Source: a virus (lineage: Duplodnaviria > Caudoviricetes). Taken from it: 36,796 nt of DNA. The notes beneath the pieces were generated by a model, which saw only the letters and a list, made by a program, of their open reading frames with translations, made no database searches and was not told the origin of the DNA. This document shows, one piece after another, positions 25,432-35,274 of this stretch. The stretch's first letter is position 1. Every line of letters begins with the position of its first letter. The stretch is from the IMG/VR virus record IMGVR_UViG_3300037422_000067, positions 1 through 36,796 of that record; one strand, written 5' to 3'. The position numbers were made by a program, and so were the translations under genes.

Positions 25432-26361
25432 CTATGTCAAAGCTAAACTTAATTCATCATCGCCAGCACTCATAACAAACATGAGACCGACGTTTAATAC
25501 TAAAATACCGTCCCTAAACTCTTGCCCTATTTCAATAATACGAGCTACAGGGGCGGTAATGGTTACAATATTTCCGGCAGTAGCTCCGATAACTAAACTA
25601 TAGTTACCAGTAGTACCAGCATACAAACGACCATAGTAGTCAAAGGCTGATACAAGCTGTTCTTCAGTTTTAACCGATCCAACTGGCCTACGATTAGGTA
25701 TGAGAATCGATTTAATACCATCTGATTGAGAAATATCCGGCCTTAATGCCATAGTGTTTGCTATATCGATTTCAAGTGATTCGACTATATGCGTAGTCAC
25801 TGAATGTAGAGTGAAAGCGGTTGATAATACCGCTTGAGGCACGGTTGAGTTGTAAGTAGTTCCGGTAAGAATTGCGGTATCAGTGATTGTCGGTTTTGCT
25901 CCCCAAAAAGTAAATTCCAACAATACAAATTCACCGACGTTGGCCGAAAATCTCCATGTTCCGCGCGCGCCTACGATCTGATAACGCTTGCCATCGACAT
26001 AGAAAGCAACTGTTGCCGACGGATCGCCGGTAGAAGCAGGGGTATATGTAACCGATGTTGATGCAACTACTGTTTCAGTCATCTTACAGAATTTCATAAG
26101 CTTGCCCCATTCTGGAGCTGTACCAGCCGTTCCACTTCCCTTTAACTCAACTTTAAACGTCATCACTCCATAACGTTTTCCAGTGACCGGAGCCATTGGC
26201 GATAACGTGGCACGAAACGGATCACGGTCGTGTATGTCGGTCACTTCGTCAAACGTCGGCTCATAAACTAGAAACACATCTGTATTTACAAGAGTCTCGG
26301 CCGTGCCTTCAGTTACCTCTTGTTTTGCGGCCATTACCGCTCTTTGTGCTATTAATGGCAT
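25432..26361 (-). CDS. Major tail tube protein (siphovirus type)
   Basis: AKQE.T.GT...F.VELKGSGTAGTAP.WG.L...C pattern; no sheath gene present. Confidence 0.8.
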   Translation of the reverse strand: MPLIAQRAVMAAKQEVTEGTAETLVNTDVFLVYEPTFDEVTDIHDRDPFRATLSPMAPVTGKRYGVMTFKVELKGSGTAGTAPEWGKLMKFCKMTETVVASTSVTYTPASTGDPSATVAFYVDGKRYQIVGARGTWRFSANVGEFVLLEFTFWGAKPTITDTAILTGTTYNSTVPQAVLSTAFTLHSVTTHIVESLEIDIANTMALRPDISQSDGIKSILIPNRRPVGSVKTEEQLVSAFDYYGRLYAGTTGNYSLVIGATAGNIVTITAPVARIIEIGQEFRDGILVLNVGLMFVMSAGDDELSLALT

Positions 26362-26383
26362 TTCATTCCCCTCCCTTTAAAAA

Positions 26384-26536
26384 CTATTCTTTGTAAGTTT
26401 CCTTGTCGCGTTTCTTAGGCTTCTCAGCCTCTCTTTTTTCTTCAACCACCTGCTCTTTAGGCGGCGTAATTTCATTTCCATCTTTGTCTTTGTAGATGGT
26501 TCCCCCTCGGTTGCTTTGGATTGTGATCCCTTCCAT
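26384..26536 (-). CDS. 50-aa charged hypothetical protein (not in ORF track)
   Basis: GGAGG RBS; MEGITIQSNRGGTIYKDKDG...YKE*. Confidence 0.65.
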   Translation of the reverse strand: MEGITIQSNRGGTIYKDKDGNEITPPKEQVVEEKREAEKPKKRDKETYKE

Positions 26537-26549
26537 ATTAACCTCCCCA

Positions 26550-27053
26550 TTAAAGCTGAGCGCTTATATAAACGTCAACACGTTCACGTATCGTGGCTCT
26601 AATGCCGCTAGTCCAAACTGTTTGATCTTTGCCAACTTGCACTCCCCCAATTTCACTGTAAGAAATCGATTCAGTTTTGTACTGACCGATTACTCCTAAT
26701 GGCCACAAAGCCGCTTGTGATTCAAAAACGTTTTCCGCGGCACGTAGGATCGTCCAGGCTTTCCTTTGACCGGCATCAGGATCAGGATTGCTTACCAGTA
26801 CCACCATGGCGATAGTGTGGAATAAATCTCTTTTGCCGGTTGTATAGTCGGTTGGTGTCGCTTCAAGCGGTATAAGAATTATAGCCGGAAAATTCTGGAC
26901 CGATTGGATATCACGGTCGCCGACATACACACTTACCAATTGATCGGATACGTTGAATCGAGTTTCATCAAACTTCTCGTCTTGAGCCGTTAGTCTGGCC
27001 GGTAAATTTGTATCAAGTTGTTCCTTCATTTCGTCCATTACGTCCCTAATCAT
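26550..27053 (-). CDS. Tail terminator-like protein
   Basis: Neck position; FPAIIL motif. Confidence 0.6.
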   Translation of the reverse strand: MIRDVMDEMKEQLDTNLPARLTAQDEKFDETRFNVSDQLVSVYVGDRDIQSVQNFPAIILIPLEATPTDYTTGKRDLFHTIAMVVLVSNPDPDAGQRKAWTILRAAENVFESQAALWPLGVIGQYKTESISYSEIGGVQVGKDQTVWTSGIRATIRERVDVYISAQL

Positions 27054-27514
27054 TTGTTACCTGACACCCATTGACGGGCTAACCCCACAATGTCTGCTCG
27101 ATCTTGGTTGGTTAAACTTAAGATGCGGCGCTGCTTAATCCTATCTTCACCTAATTGATGTTTTGCAGCATAAGGTACCCTGGTACCAAAGAGCATACTT
27201 TTCTCTTGAGTCTCAAACACCATATCCGAACTGCTGATATTTGTAAGACTTCGATAAAGCCTATCGGTTAAGCGAAGTATGGTTTTACCAGGGTAGTTTC
27301 TTGCTTTCCAGGCCGCATAGCGAGCCGATAAAGGTTCCCATTTTTGAGCTCTTGCACCTTCACTGGAAAACTGATCTTTCATGACCCCGACAAGGAAGTT
27401 GCGAATTTGTGCCCAGAATGGCCGCCAGTCGTCTATTCGCTTCTTAGCCGACCCAAGTAAGGCATCAAACTGTTTATCGCCTTGAATGCCTATTGTGAGC
27501 CTGACGAATGCCAT
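27050..27514 (-). CDS. Virion morphogenesis/tail completion protein (Mu gpG-like)
   Basis: F.SEG...WEPLS..Y...IL.LT.RL.RSL...FGTRVPYAAKHQLG...R.IL. Confidence 0.8.
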   Translation of the reverse strand: MAFVRLTIGIQGDKQFDALLGSAKKRIDDWRPFWAQIRNFLVGVMKDQFSSEGARAQKWEPLSARYAAWKARNYPGKTILRLTDRLYRSLTNISSSDMVFETQEKSMLFGTRVPYAAKHQLGEDRIKQRRILSLTNQDRADIVGLARQWVSGNK

Positions 27515-27972
27515 TAGAGCACCGGGTCGCTTAATTTAAAGTCTGGATCGCCGTCCGTGTCGGTATTTGCTAAATCGGCATTGCCTTCCGGCGAGTAGGT
27601 AGGGTTATCGCCGCTTGCAAGTTGAATACTGCCTTCCCTTAAACCTGTAAACCAAGCTTCGGAGTCAACCCGCATAAGTTCAACCGATGCAGCAATATCC
27701 CTACCTGCACCTGCGGCAATCGACAATTCAACGTCAACTGCGGCCAGCCATTTGTTTATAGTGCGAGCGCTTAGAAGATCGGTTGCGTTAGTAAGTGGCA
27801 CTGCATAACCGGCCGCCCTAAGCGCGTCATTCATTTTATAGAAATTGTCTTTGATTAATTTTTCAACGTCGGCTTCAGACGGTTTGCTGTCGGACGTAAA
27901 TTGGCGTTGAGGCAGTATATCTGCCACGTCGGCTAATTCACAATATCCGTCAGTGCCTATGGTAATCGACAT
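27514..27972 (-). CDS. Head-tail adaptor
   Basis: YC.LADV start, GYAVPL motif; follows the capsid gene. Confidence 0.7.
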   Translation of the reverse strand: MSITIGTDGYCELADVADILPQRQFTSDSKPSEADVEKLIKDNFYKMNDALRAAGYAVPLTNATDLLSARTINKWLAAVDVELSIAAGAGRDIAASVELMRVDSEAWFTGLREGSIQLASGDNPTYSPEGNADLANTDTDGDPDFKLSDPVL

Positions 27973-27990
27973 TTACCCTCCTAAGAACTA

Positions 27991-28025
27991 AGGGGGCAGG
28001 ACAGCCCAAGCCGCCGCTGCCCCCT
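27991..28025 (-). promoter_or_regulatory. GC-rich stem-loop after the capsid gene
   Basis: AGGGGCAG...CTGCCCCCT inverted repeat with no U-tract; likely an mRNA stabiliser or partial terminator. Confidence 0.5.
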
Positions 28026-28049
28026 ACTTTAATCTAAACTAACCAACTG

Positions 28050-28973
28050 TTATGTGTTGGTTGTTTTAGTAGCTAACTGCCACAAACCGTATCCAGTGTT
28101 GTAGCGACCCTCTGAACCCCATAGATATTCATTGAATTTGAATACATGATCGGATTCAGGATTTGTCATACCTATTAAGTTAGGTGCCATGCGATCTTGG
28201 AAAATAAACGGCTTAATCGCTCCGGCACGATTGATTAGATACCAGTCGTTTGCGTCACCACCGCTCAACGATGCAAGGTAAGGGCTCACAAACAGTTTGA
28301 AAGCACCTTTAAGCACGTTGGTTGTGTTGGCGATTTGAGTGGCATTTTGCAGCTCTTCAAAAATTCCATGCAACGCAGGCGGCGCAAGCACAACCAAATC
28401 CATCATGGTATTGAAGTGCTCGCCGGTATCAGTTTTGAAAGCCATCATTGCTTGACGCGCAGTACGGAAATCTAAAGTGATCGCGGCAATGGTCGTGCCG
28501 GTTCCGGTAAGCAGATTGCTTTGAGTGCCGGAATCCCCTGTTACGTGGGTTGTTGCAAAGAAGGCAACACCATCGTAACCTACGCCATTTGCCAAAAGAG
28601 TTTCCATCAGCAAGCGATGTCTATGGCGCATTGCCGTACTGGCAAGCTCATTGATTCTAGGCATGATGGTTCCGAGTTTCTTATCATCCTCGAACGTTTC
28701 TTTTTTGATCGCAATCGTGGCTTCCCATGTCTTGTTGACTAAACTGTAATGTAGCACACGCATTGCCTTATAGACCCGCTCACCTAGAAACTCCCTCATG
28801 TTAGGGAAGTCACCCAGCCAACTGTAATCCTCGGTATCCGATTCACTCGGCACGACGGTTGCGAAGTCCTCGAGCGGAAACGTCCGCATCTGACTTGCGT
28901 AATATTCTTGAAACGCGGTTCGGAACGTAGTCAGCGCTCCTGCGACATAATCTGATGTTACTATACGAGACAT
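28050..28973 (-). CDS. Major capsid protein, Mu gpT-like
   Basis: E.YSWLGDFP.MREFLGER, N.TWEATI.I, GYDG.AFF.T.H, WYL......KPFIFQDR, RYN.GYGLWQLA. Confidence 0.92.
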   Translation of the reverse strand: MSRIVTSDYVAGALTTFRTAFQEYYASQMRTFPLEDFATVVPSESDTEDYSWLGDFPNMREFLGERVYKAMRVLHYSLVNKTWEATIAIKKETFEDDKKLGTIMPRINELASTAMRHRHRLLMETLLANGVGYDGVAFFATTHVTGDSGTQSNLLTGTGTTIAAITLDFRTARQAMMAFKTDTGEHFNTMMDLVVLAPPALHGIFEELQNATQIANTTNVLKGAFKLFVSPYLASLSGGDANDWYLINRAGAIKPFIFQDRMAPNLIGMTNPESDHVFKFNEYLWGSEGRYNTGYGLWQLATKTTNT

Positions 28974-29011
28974 TGTTTACCCCTCCTTTTAAAATTAATT
29001 AATCATCAGCG

Positions 29012-29407
29012 TTATACAGGCGCTAATTCAATCCAAATTACCGACGCCGATTCAAATGCTACGATTCGCCCGATCAACAGATTGCTTGTAGCCGTAAGCG
29101 TGACGGTGTCGTCAGCCGAGGCATATACAAGCTCGCCTACAGCGGACGCTGCAAAGCCTGATTGACCTGTAATACGCACGATTCCTTCGCGCCGGACCGT
29201 TAACTTATCGCCGGTTACAGTCAGTTTTTTCTCTGTCGAGATACCGCCGAACTGATCGCCCGATGCGGTCACGAAAGGGCGACATAGTCCGGTCGCGGAG
29301 TTGATACCTACAACCGCACCCTTATAAAACTGCGTACTCGCAGTTGCGGCTAAGTCCTGGTAGATACCATCCTTAGCCTGGAAATCTCTGTCTGCTGCTA
29401 GTGCCAT
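29012..29407 (-). CDS. Capsid cement/decoration protein
   Basis: Between protease and capsid; G.LVYASADDTV....IGRI pattern. Confidence 0.7.
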   Translation of the reverse strand: MALAADRDFQAKDGIYQDLAATASTQFYKGAVVGINSATGLCRPFVTASGDQFGGISTEKKLTVTGDKLTVRREGIVRITGQSGFAASAVGELVYASADDTVTLTATSNLLIGRIVAFESASVIWIELAPV

Positions 29408-29434
29408 TTTAAAACCCTCCTTTAAATTCTAAAC

Positions 29435-30793
29435 TTATTGTAAACCTTTAAGCGCGTCTTTTTCCTTGAGAGCGACCACTTTACTAGGATCGATTCCAAG
29501 AATCTTGGCGACGTGAGCCTCGTGCTCGTTCAAAGAAACTTTTTCTTCGCCTGCATTGGTTCCATGTGCTTTGAAATGATCCAACTTTGGAGCGCCTGCA
29601 TAGAATTTCTCAGCCGCTTCTAAACCCATTGTTTCGCACATAGCCATGATCGAATCGCGTTGAGCCGGTAAGGCTTTCTTCTCGGTTAGAATCATCTTAT
29701 CGGCGAAAGCGATCGCTTTGCCTTTCTTAAGATCAGCCGACAAAGTTGCATTGTTCTTTGCGGCCTCTTCTAACTTATCGTGTAATTCCTTGCCAATCTT
29801 GATTGCGGCATCAAGCTCCGAGCATTTACGCTTAACGGCTTCGATAACCGTTTCGCCTTCCTTGGCTTCGACTGCTTTGCGGATTTCCGATAGGGCGATG
29901 CTTTCAGCCTTTTCGATTGCCCGCAGCACATCATCCTCATTGGCGTTATCAGCCAAGCCGTAACGCTCTTTGATCTTCTCCGATAGTTTCATACTTTCCC
30001 CTCCATTGATTTTCATTTTTCCTTTTAGTGGAATTTCCATTAACTCAACTGGTTTCATGCCTTCCAAGAATGGCCGATTAGTTAATGCAATAGCTAAGAG
30101 CATTGGCCCTACAAGATCGCCATTGCGTTTGTCCTGATATTGTTCGGTCCATTCAGGCGAGATAAAGCGAAATTCACCGTTATGTATGTAATCGACAGCG
30201 GCTTCAGTCCAGTCGATCAAGGCATAAAGACCGTCTTTTTTGACTTGCATATCGCGTACCCAACCGGCGGCTTTGCTAGATTCTGGATCGGCGGTCATGC
30301 CTGAGCCGTGGTTGTAATCGACCATAATGTCCCGCTCATTGAATGTCTCAAAGTTTTTTACTATCTTCGAGAGTAAATCTTTAGTTATCTCAAAATCACC
30401 ATAGAGCGGGTGTGAAAATTTACCTACCTTGAATATCTGAATCCATGATTGAGCTGAACCCTCAAACTCATGGCGAAAACGGAACGGTATCAACTGGCCG
30501 CGGCGTTTATCGGAAAACTGCGGATTAAGTTCCTTCTTAACCCACGTACCATTGTCTAGTTTCTGGTAATTCGCCTCGATAACCCCCCACGCCGCAGCAT
30601 TGCTACTAGACTCATCCAGGCCAATTTCAGATAATCGATTAAGAACATCCTTGACCATAAACTTTGCGTCATTCGGTAATTCTGAAAACTGTTGAGGGAT
30701 TTTCTCAATACTCTCAAACTTATCTTTAAACTGCATTGCAGCCGCAGTGTTTGCACGTTTTATAGACATGTCATTGATATTTAGATGGTTCAA
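29435..30793 (-). CDS. Mu gpI-like prohead protease with N-terminal ChaB-like domain and C-terminal scaffold
   Basis: VDYNH, AAGWV, GLYA.IDWT, FRFISPE, ALTNRPFL protease motifs; exact start uncertain. Confidence 0.88.
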   Translation of the reverse strand: MNHLNINDMSIKRANTAAAMQFKDKFESIEKIPQQFSELPNDAKFMVKDVLNRLSEIGLDESSSNAAAWGVIEANYQKLDNGTWVKKELNPQFSDKRRGQLIPFRFRHEFEGSAQSWIQIFKVGKFSHPLYGDFEITKDLLSKIVKNFETFNERDIMVDYNHGSGMTADPESSKAAGWVRDMQVKKDGLYALIDWTEAAVDYIHNGEFRFISPEWTEQYQDKRNGDLVGPMLLAIALTNRPFLEGMKPVELMEIPLKGKMKINGGESMKLSEKIKERYGLADNANEDDVLRAIEKAESIALSEIRKAVEAKEGETVIEAVKRKCSELDAAIKIGKELHDKLEEAAKNNATLSADLKKGKAIAFADKMILTEKKALPAQRDSIMAMCETMGLEAAEKFYAGAPKLDHFKAHGTNAGEEKVSLNEHEAHVAKILGIDPSKVVALKEKDALKGLQ

Positions 30794-30881
30794 ATTATCC
30801 CCATAAAATTACAAATAGAGTACGCTACACTATATGTAATTTATCTTGGGTTAGTTTGTGACTTATTGTCAAATTATATTT

Positions 30882-30995
30882 TCAATGACACTTGCTTAAC
30901 ATGAGAGCCCAACAAATAATAAATCCGCAACCGACTATAATCATAACTGCTATTCGATTACTTTTATCATTTTCGTTTTCAGGTTCGGTTAGCAT
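30882..30995 (-). CDS. 37-aa single-TM peptide (not in ORF track)
   Basis: GGAG RBS; MLTEPENENDKSNRIAVMIIVGCGFIICWALMLSKCH*. Confidence 0.55.
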   Translation of the reverse strand: MLTEPENENDKSNRIAVMIIVGCGFIICWALMLSKCH

Positions 30996-31023
30996 CTAAA
31001 TCTCCAATGTTTCACGTGAAGTC

Positions 31024-33303
31024 TTATGATTCAGCCGGTGACGTTGCAAAAGTTGCAATATAGATACAGCGGCATCGACTGCCACCATCGCAAATTTGTG
31101 TTAGCGGTGGCATAAATTCATAAAACTCAGGTGATCCGATTATATATTGAGTTCCTTCCCTATCGAGTGCAGCACAAGGCTCGCAGGTATTTTGATCCAG
31201 TGCGGCTGATAATTGCATGTACTCTATTTCATCACTAAGTTGCTCAACCTCAAATGCCCTACCTTTACCGAAAGCCTCCGGTACTACAGCACGAGCCGAT
31301 GTTTCTACTGCCCTACTGCTAAGATCACCAAGAGCCGCCATGATTTCATCTACATTAGCTGAACCCCTGGCAATGGCGGCGATTGTCAGGTCACGGGCGG
31401 TATTCTCAACCTGTTGCCACACACGTTGGCCTAGCCTTACGGACATAGCCTCAAGGATTGCTTCGGCGTTTTGCGGTGCGGCTATGCTTTTATTAGGGTT
31501 TATTTTCTTGATCTTCGGTGGCTTTTTTAACTCAGCGGCTTGCTTATTTATATCGGTTGGCTTTTGAGCTCTAATTTGCCTAGCCTTCTCATCTTGAATG
31601 GTTTGGCGACCATAATCATAAAGCTCTTGTAGAATATCCTTTACGGCCTTTGCGGTGCGTAATTCATCATCGTCAGGTACGTTGATTTTCATCGCATCTG
31701 AGGGTTGCTGGCTTTTCAAGGCATCGATGATTTGTTGACGCAAATCTTCAATAACCTGATTTTTGACCGATTGAGTTATATTGACTATCTGAGATATGGA
31801 ACTATCAAGCGTGCCTTCAATAGCTTTCCAGGTGACGTGCTTTTCGTTTTGTCTTATAGGCCGCTTTTGAAAAGTGGTGTAGTTATCAAACTCACTCGGC
31901 ATGGCTTGAAAGGTTTTGGTTGATTTTGACTTTGGCTCAACGGCTTTTTTATCATCAGGCTCATCTGCGTTTGACTCTTTGTCTGGTTCGGTATCATCTG
32001 TCTGCGTCGGTTCCGTATCATCGCTTTCATTTTCTTGTTTCTTTGGCATCTTGAATTTCTCACGCACAAAATCTTCGGTTTCGGCATCAGGGGTAATTGC
32101 TCCGGCTGAGAAAACTTGGTTAATGGCTTGTGAATACTCGAGTAGGGCATCTGTAACTATACCTCCGACTTTAAGTTTCGGGTAGCGCTTCTTATCCATA
32201 GCTGGGAAATTAGATTCGATCAAATCCTTGATCCATTTGTTGTTGATGCAATCGGCTATGTAGTTTGCAAAGCCTTGTAGGTTCTTTAAGAATATGCTGC
32301 TTAGGTTTTCGCTTAGGCTCTTGGTACCATTCTCTGTCATGCCAAGGTTTAAGAACCCAGCCAGTACGCTAACTGCTATGCGCTCGTCGCGGTATTTAAT
32401 CATAGGCAGTAGATCGATATGCTTGCTGTCGCCTTGGTCGATATATTCCAGCTCCCAACCGCTGGGCACGAAAGCATAAGCCTGTTGATGGGCTCTTAGG
32501 TTCTTGGCAAGGGTTATAGCCGCGTCCTTATCGTCTGGGCTGAACTTAGGTGGCGCTGTTATCTTCGGTACTCCTACTGCGTGACGCATGGCTTGCATAG
32601 CTTGATATTTTTCAAACTTCTCTTTTTGCACCCAAGGTTTATAAGCAGCGCGTAAAATGCTTTGGCCTTTAGGACTATCGGCTTCGGCTCGATTAATGAA
32701 TAGAATAGTTTTCCAAGCTGGTATAACGTAATCCCCCATAAACTCACCGCTGAATACCCGCTGACGGAAGCCGGTTAGATTCTCGTTCTTGTCGAAGAAC
32801 CATTCCCATATAGTGCTTTGAAGGCGAGGGGCTAACTTGCGAATATAAAGCTTGCCTGTTTCATCGTATTCATAAATCTTTTCCGCTAAGCTAAAACCAA
32901 ACTTTAAAGATGCTAAGGCTATGCGTAGGATTGTTTGGAAGTCTTGGTCAGGAGCTTCAAAGATAGCCCATTTGACCCATTCACATATTTCCAGTTCCTC
33001 AGGTGTGGCATCATCAGGTGGATGGATTGTCCAATCAGCGGTTATGATCGGCATTTCAAGTAATAACAACGTAGCCGCTACGGTAGGATCATTGCGGCTC
33101 ATCTTATTGAATATTTTTATTCCCTCAACACCTTGCAGGGTTATGTTATATTCATCAGCGCCAATCAGGTTATCGTAACCTAACTGAACCTCAAAGCCGG
33201 TCACGCCAAACGATGAATTGACCTTTGGCGTAGTCGGTGACTTAGGTATTTTTTGATACTCTTGGGCTTTTTTTGATCCGTGAACTATGACTTTGCGAGG
33301 CAT
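31024..33303 (-). CDS. Portal protein (Mu gp29/DUF935-like) fused to a MuF/gp7-like head morphogenesis domain
   Basis: AL..GFS.AE, P.GQSILRAAY.PW, GVP portal motifs; C-terminal SAALD.NTC..C..LD...PPL...C.GG.RCRC. Confidence 0.88.
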   Translation of the reverse strand: MPRKVIVHGSKKAQEYQKIPKSPTTPKVNSSFGVTGFEVQLGYDNLIGADEYNITLQGVEGIKIFNKMSRNDPTVAATLLLLEMPIITADWTIHPPDDATPEELEICEWVKWAIFEAPDQDFQTILRIALASLKFGFSLAEKIYEYDETGKLYIRKLAPRLQSTIWEWFFDKNENLTGFRQRVFSGEFMGDYVIPAWKTILFINRAEADSPKGQSILRAAYKPWVQKEKFEKYQAMQAMRHAVGVPKITAPPKFSPDDKDAAITLAKNLRAHQQAYAFVPSGWELEYIDQGDSKHIDLLPMIKYRDERIAVSVLAGFLNLGMTENGTKSLSENLSSIFLKNLQGFANYIADCINNKWIKDLIESNFPAMDKKRYPKLKVGGIVTDALLEYSQAINQVFSAGAITPDAETEDFVREKFKMPKKQENESDDTEPTQTDDTEPDKESNADEPDDKKAVEPKSKSTKTFQAMPSEFDNYTTFQKRPIRQNEKHVTWKAIEGTLDSSISQIVNITQSVKNQVIEDLRQQIIDALKSQQPSDAMKINVPDDDELRTAKAVKDILQELYDYGRQTIQDEKARQIRAQKPTDINKQAAELKKPPKIKKINPNKSIAAPQNAEAILEAMSVRLGQRVWQQVENTARDLTIAAIARGSANVDEIMAALGDLSSRAVETSARAVVPEAFGKGRAFEVEQLSDEIEYMQLSAALDQNTCEPCAALDREGTQYIIGSPEFYEFMPPLTQICDGGSRCRCIYIATFATSPAES

Positions 33304-33365
33304 GGGTTAAAACTACATAAGCGATTAACCATTTGGCAAGGTAATTTTCAATGTCAATCGTTGTA

Positions 33366-34787
33366 CTACCAGCGGCTTGATGAAATACAACCGCCTTCGT
33401 TGATTGATTTGAAACTTGAAAAACTATTCTGTTCGCCTACCAGAATGCCCCATACCGCATAAGAGAATGCTGCCGCACCATCCGGTAGGTGAAAACCTCG
33501 CTTTATTTTAAAACGCTGATCGCTTGTGTATTCATAAGGGATGGTAGATAACTGTGCTCTTATTTCCTCTTGATTTCCTAATTTGATATCTCCTGATTTA
33601 ATCTTTTCACTTATGGTAAAAAGTATTTCAGTTTGCCAATTCTCGTAATGCATCTTGTCGATTACCTGTAGAGCATTGTCAATTGGAATAACTGTTGTGC
33701 TTGAGGCTATAATCTCATGAAGGCGATCAGTAACTCCGCCACCCAACCCCCTATCGTCAACACATATACCGTCAAGTTTGTATTTATCGCAATAGTCCTT
33801 AATTCTACCTGCTGTATGCATAAGGTTTTTGCCGCCGTACTTTTCATATTCCAGCAATTGCCCGCCTTGTACGACGCAGAATGCTGTCTCATCCTCACCG
33901 AACCTTGCAACGTCAACGCCTAACCATTTAGAACCTTCATAAGCATCCTTAAATCCCATAGACTCTTCTAAGTTAGCTATGCTGAATATCCTATCAGTTC
34001 CACCAGGGGCGTAGTTACCTAAAACCTTTGCTATGAACAGTGGACTATTCTCACCCCAACGTTTCTTTTTCTCTTCGATTGTTGACGGATCAACTAGAGG
34101 TGAATCATATTGACTGGCATGTACTGACTTCCACATTGAGGCAAGGCGTGTATTGGCGTCGTAAAATTCCCCTGACGGATCACCTGGAGTAGAGCCCATA
34201 AACTTTTGAATATACTTCGATGTTGCAGCACCTTCAATAGCATCGAAGTTTTCTTTTTTAATCGCCTTTGCCTCTTCAAAGATAAGCATAATATGTCCTG
34301 CATGTAGCCCTTCGATGAGATCGGAGTTTTCCGGTGACATTGTGAACCCAGCCCATTGTCTGCGAAAGCTTTTCATATAATAGCTTTGCTGTTCGGTTTT
34401 CTTGGCGATGTTCGACCAATCCGCCGGCAATCGCATCCACATCTTATCGATTTCAGCCCATAGATAATTTTTAAGCTGACCCCATGAAGGGCCGAGATAA
34501 ACCACTCGGCAGAATGGGCGGGTGAAAAAGTACCAAAGAGATGCAGATGCTAGAGTGAATGACTTACCTACACCGTGTCCGGTGCGCATGCAAACGTTGT
34601 GGCCTTCGGATAAATAACTTAAGGCTTCTTTTTGCGGCTTCTCGTAAAGCTCTTTGATTTTCAAAACATCTTTGCAAAACGCGAAGGGGTCGTTATAATA
34701 ATTAGTCTTCGCCCACTGGGATATCTGCTGAGATGTCTTGTAGCTCGCTTGCACTATCGGTTGTGCTGTCTGTTTGTTCTTCGCCAA
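33366..34787 (-). CDS. terL: Terminase large subunit
   Basis: RTGHGVGKS (Walker A), LIFEEA (Walker B), GSTP coupling motif, LGVDVARFGEDET nuclease motif, VDD.GLGGGV.DRL. Confidence 0.95.
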   Translation of the reverse strand: MAKNKQTAQPIVQASYKTSQQISQWAKTNYYNDPFAFCKDVLKIKELYEKPQKEALSYLSEGHNVCMRTGHGVGKSFTLASASLWYFFTRPFCRVVYLGPSWGQLKNYLWAEIDKMWMRLPADWSNIAKKTEQQSYYMKSFRRQWAGFTMSPENSDLIEGLHAGHIMLIFEEAKAIKKENFDAIEGAATSKYIQKFMGSTPGDPSGEFYDANTRLASMWKSVHASQYDSPLVDPSTIEEKKKRWGENSPLFIAKVLGNYAPGGTDRIFSIANLEESMGFKDAYEGSKWLGVDVARFGEDETAFCVVQGGQLLEYEKYGGKNLMHTAGRIKDYCDKYKLDGICVDDRGLGGGVTDRLHEIIASSTTVIPIDNALQVIDKMHYENWQTEILFTISEKIKSGDIKLGNQEEIRAQLSTIPYEYTSDQRFKIKRGFHLPDGAAAFSYAVWGILVGEQNSFSSFKSINEGGCISSSRW

Positions 34788-35274
34788 CTACGTCTCGTAT
34801 GATTTTATTGTTATCTTGATTACATGATATTGCATGATTGATTATTAATTGTAGCATGTTAATCGAAGCATTGTCAGGCTTTTCGATATCCCTATTCCAT
34901 CTATCAGGTCTGCAATTGCGGAGCCAAAACATTCCGGCACGATCTGATGGTTGAAACTTTTTTATGATTTTGTCTTTGACTATTTTCCCAGATTCTTTAT
35001 CGAAGAAAGCAATTTCTTCTTCATGCGACCAACCAATAGCATTTTGAAACATAGCGATTTCTACTAAGTCGGTAGGTGCCTCCCTAGCTTCTTTTATGGC
35101 TTCGCATAAATCAGGGTACTTTCCTTTCCATAAGGAAATAGTTTGCGGTGATATTCCAAGAATCTCAGATATCTCGTATTGAGTTTTTCCATCCCCAATT
35201 AGTTTAACAATTGCGTTATGAACAGACTCATTGTATCTAGCGCGTTTATCTACTTTTGCTACGCTACCTGCCAT
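34702..35274 (-). CDS. terS: Terminase small subunit (HTH)
   Basis: G.TQ.EIS.ILGIS..TI..WK.KYP.L.EAIK; FWL.N.RPDRW; directly upstream of TerL. Confidence 0.85.
   Translation of the reverse strand: MAGSVAKVDKRARYNESVHNAIVKLIGDGKTQYEISEILGISPQTISLWKGKYPDLCEAIKEAREAPTDLVEIAMFQNAIGWSHEEEIAFFDKESGKIVKDKIIKKFQPSDRAGMFWLRNCRPDRWNRDIEKPDNASINMLQLIINHAISCNQDNNKIIRDVVGEEQTDSTTDSASELQDISADIPVGED

Noticed and set aside
33455-33495. Inactive terminase nuclease (PDGAAA instead of PDxAD)
   Set aside because: An Asp remains in the motif and the other catalytic motifs are intact; terminases vary at this position.
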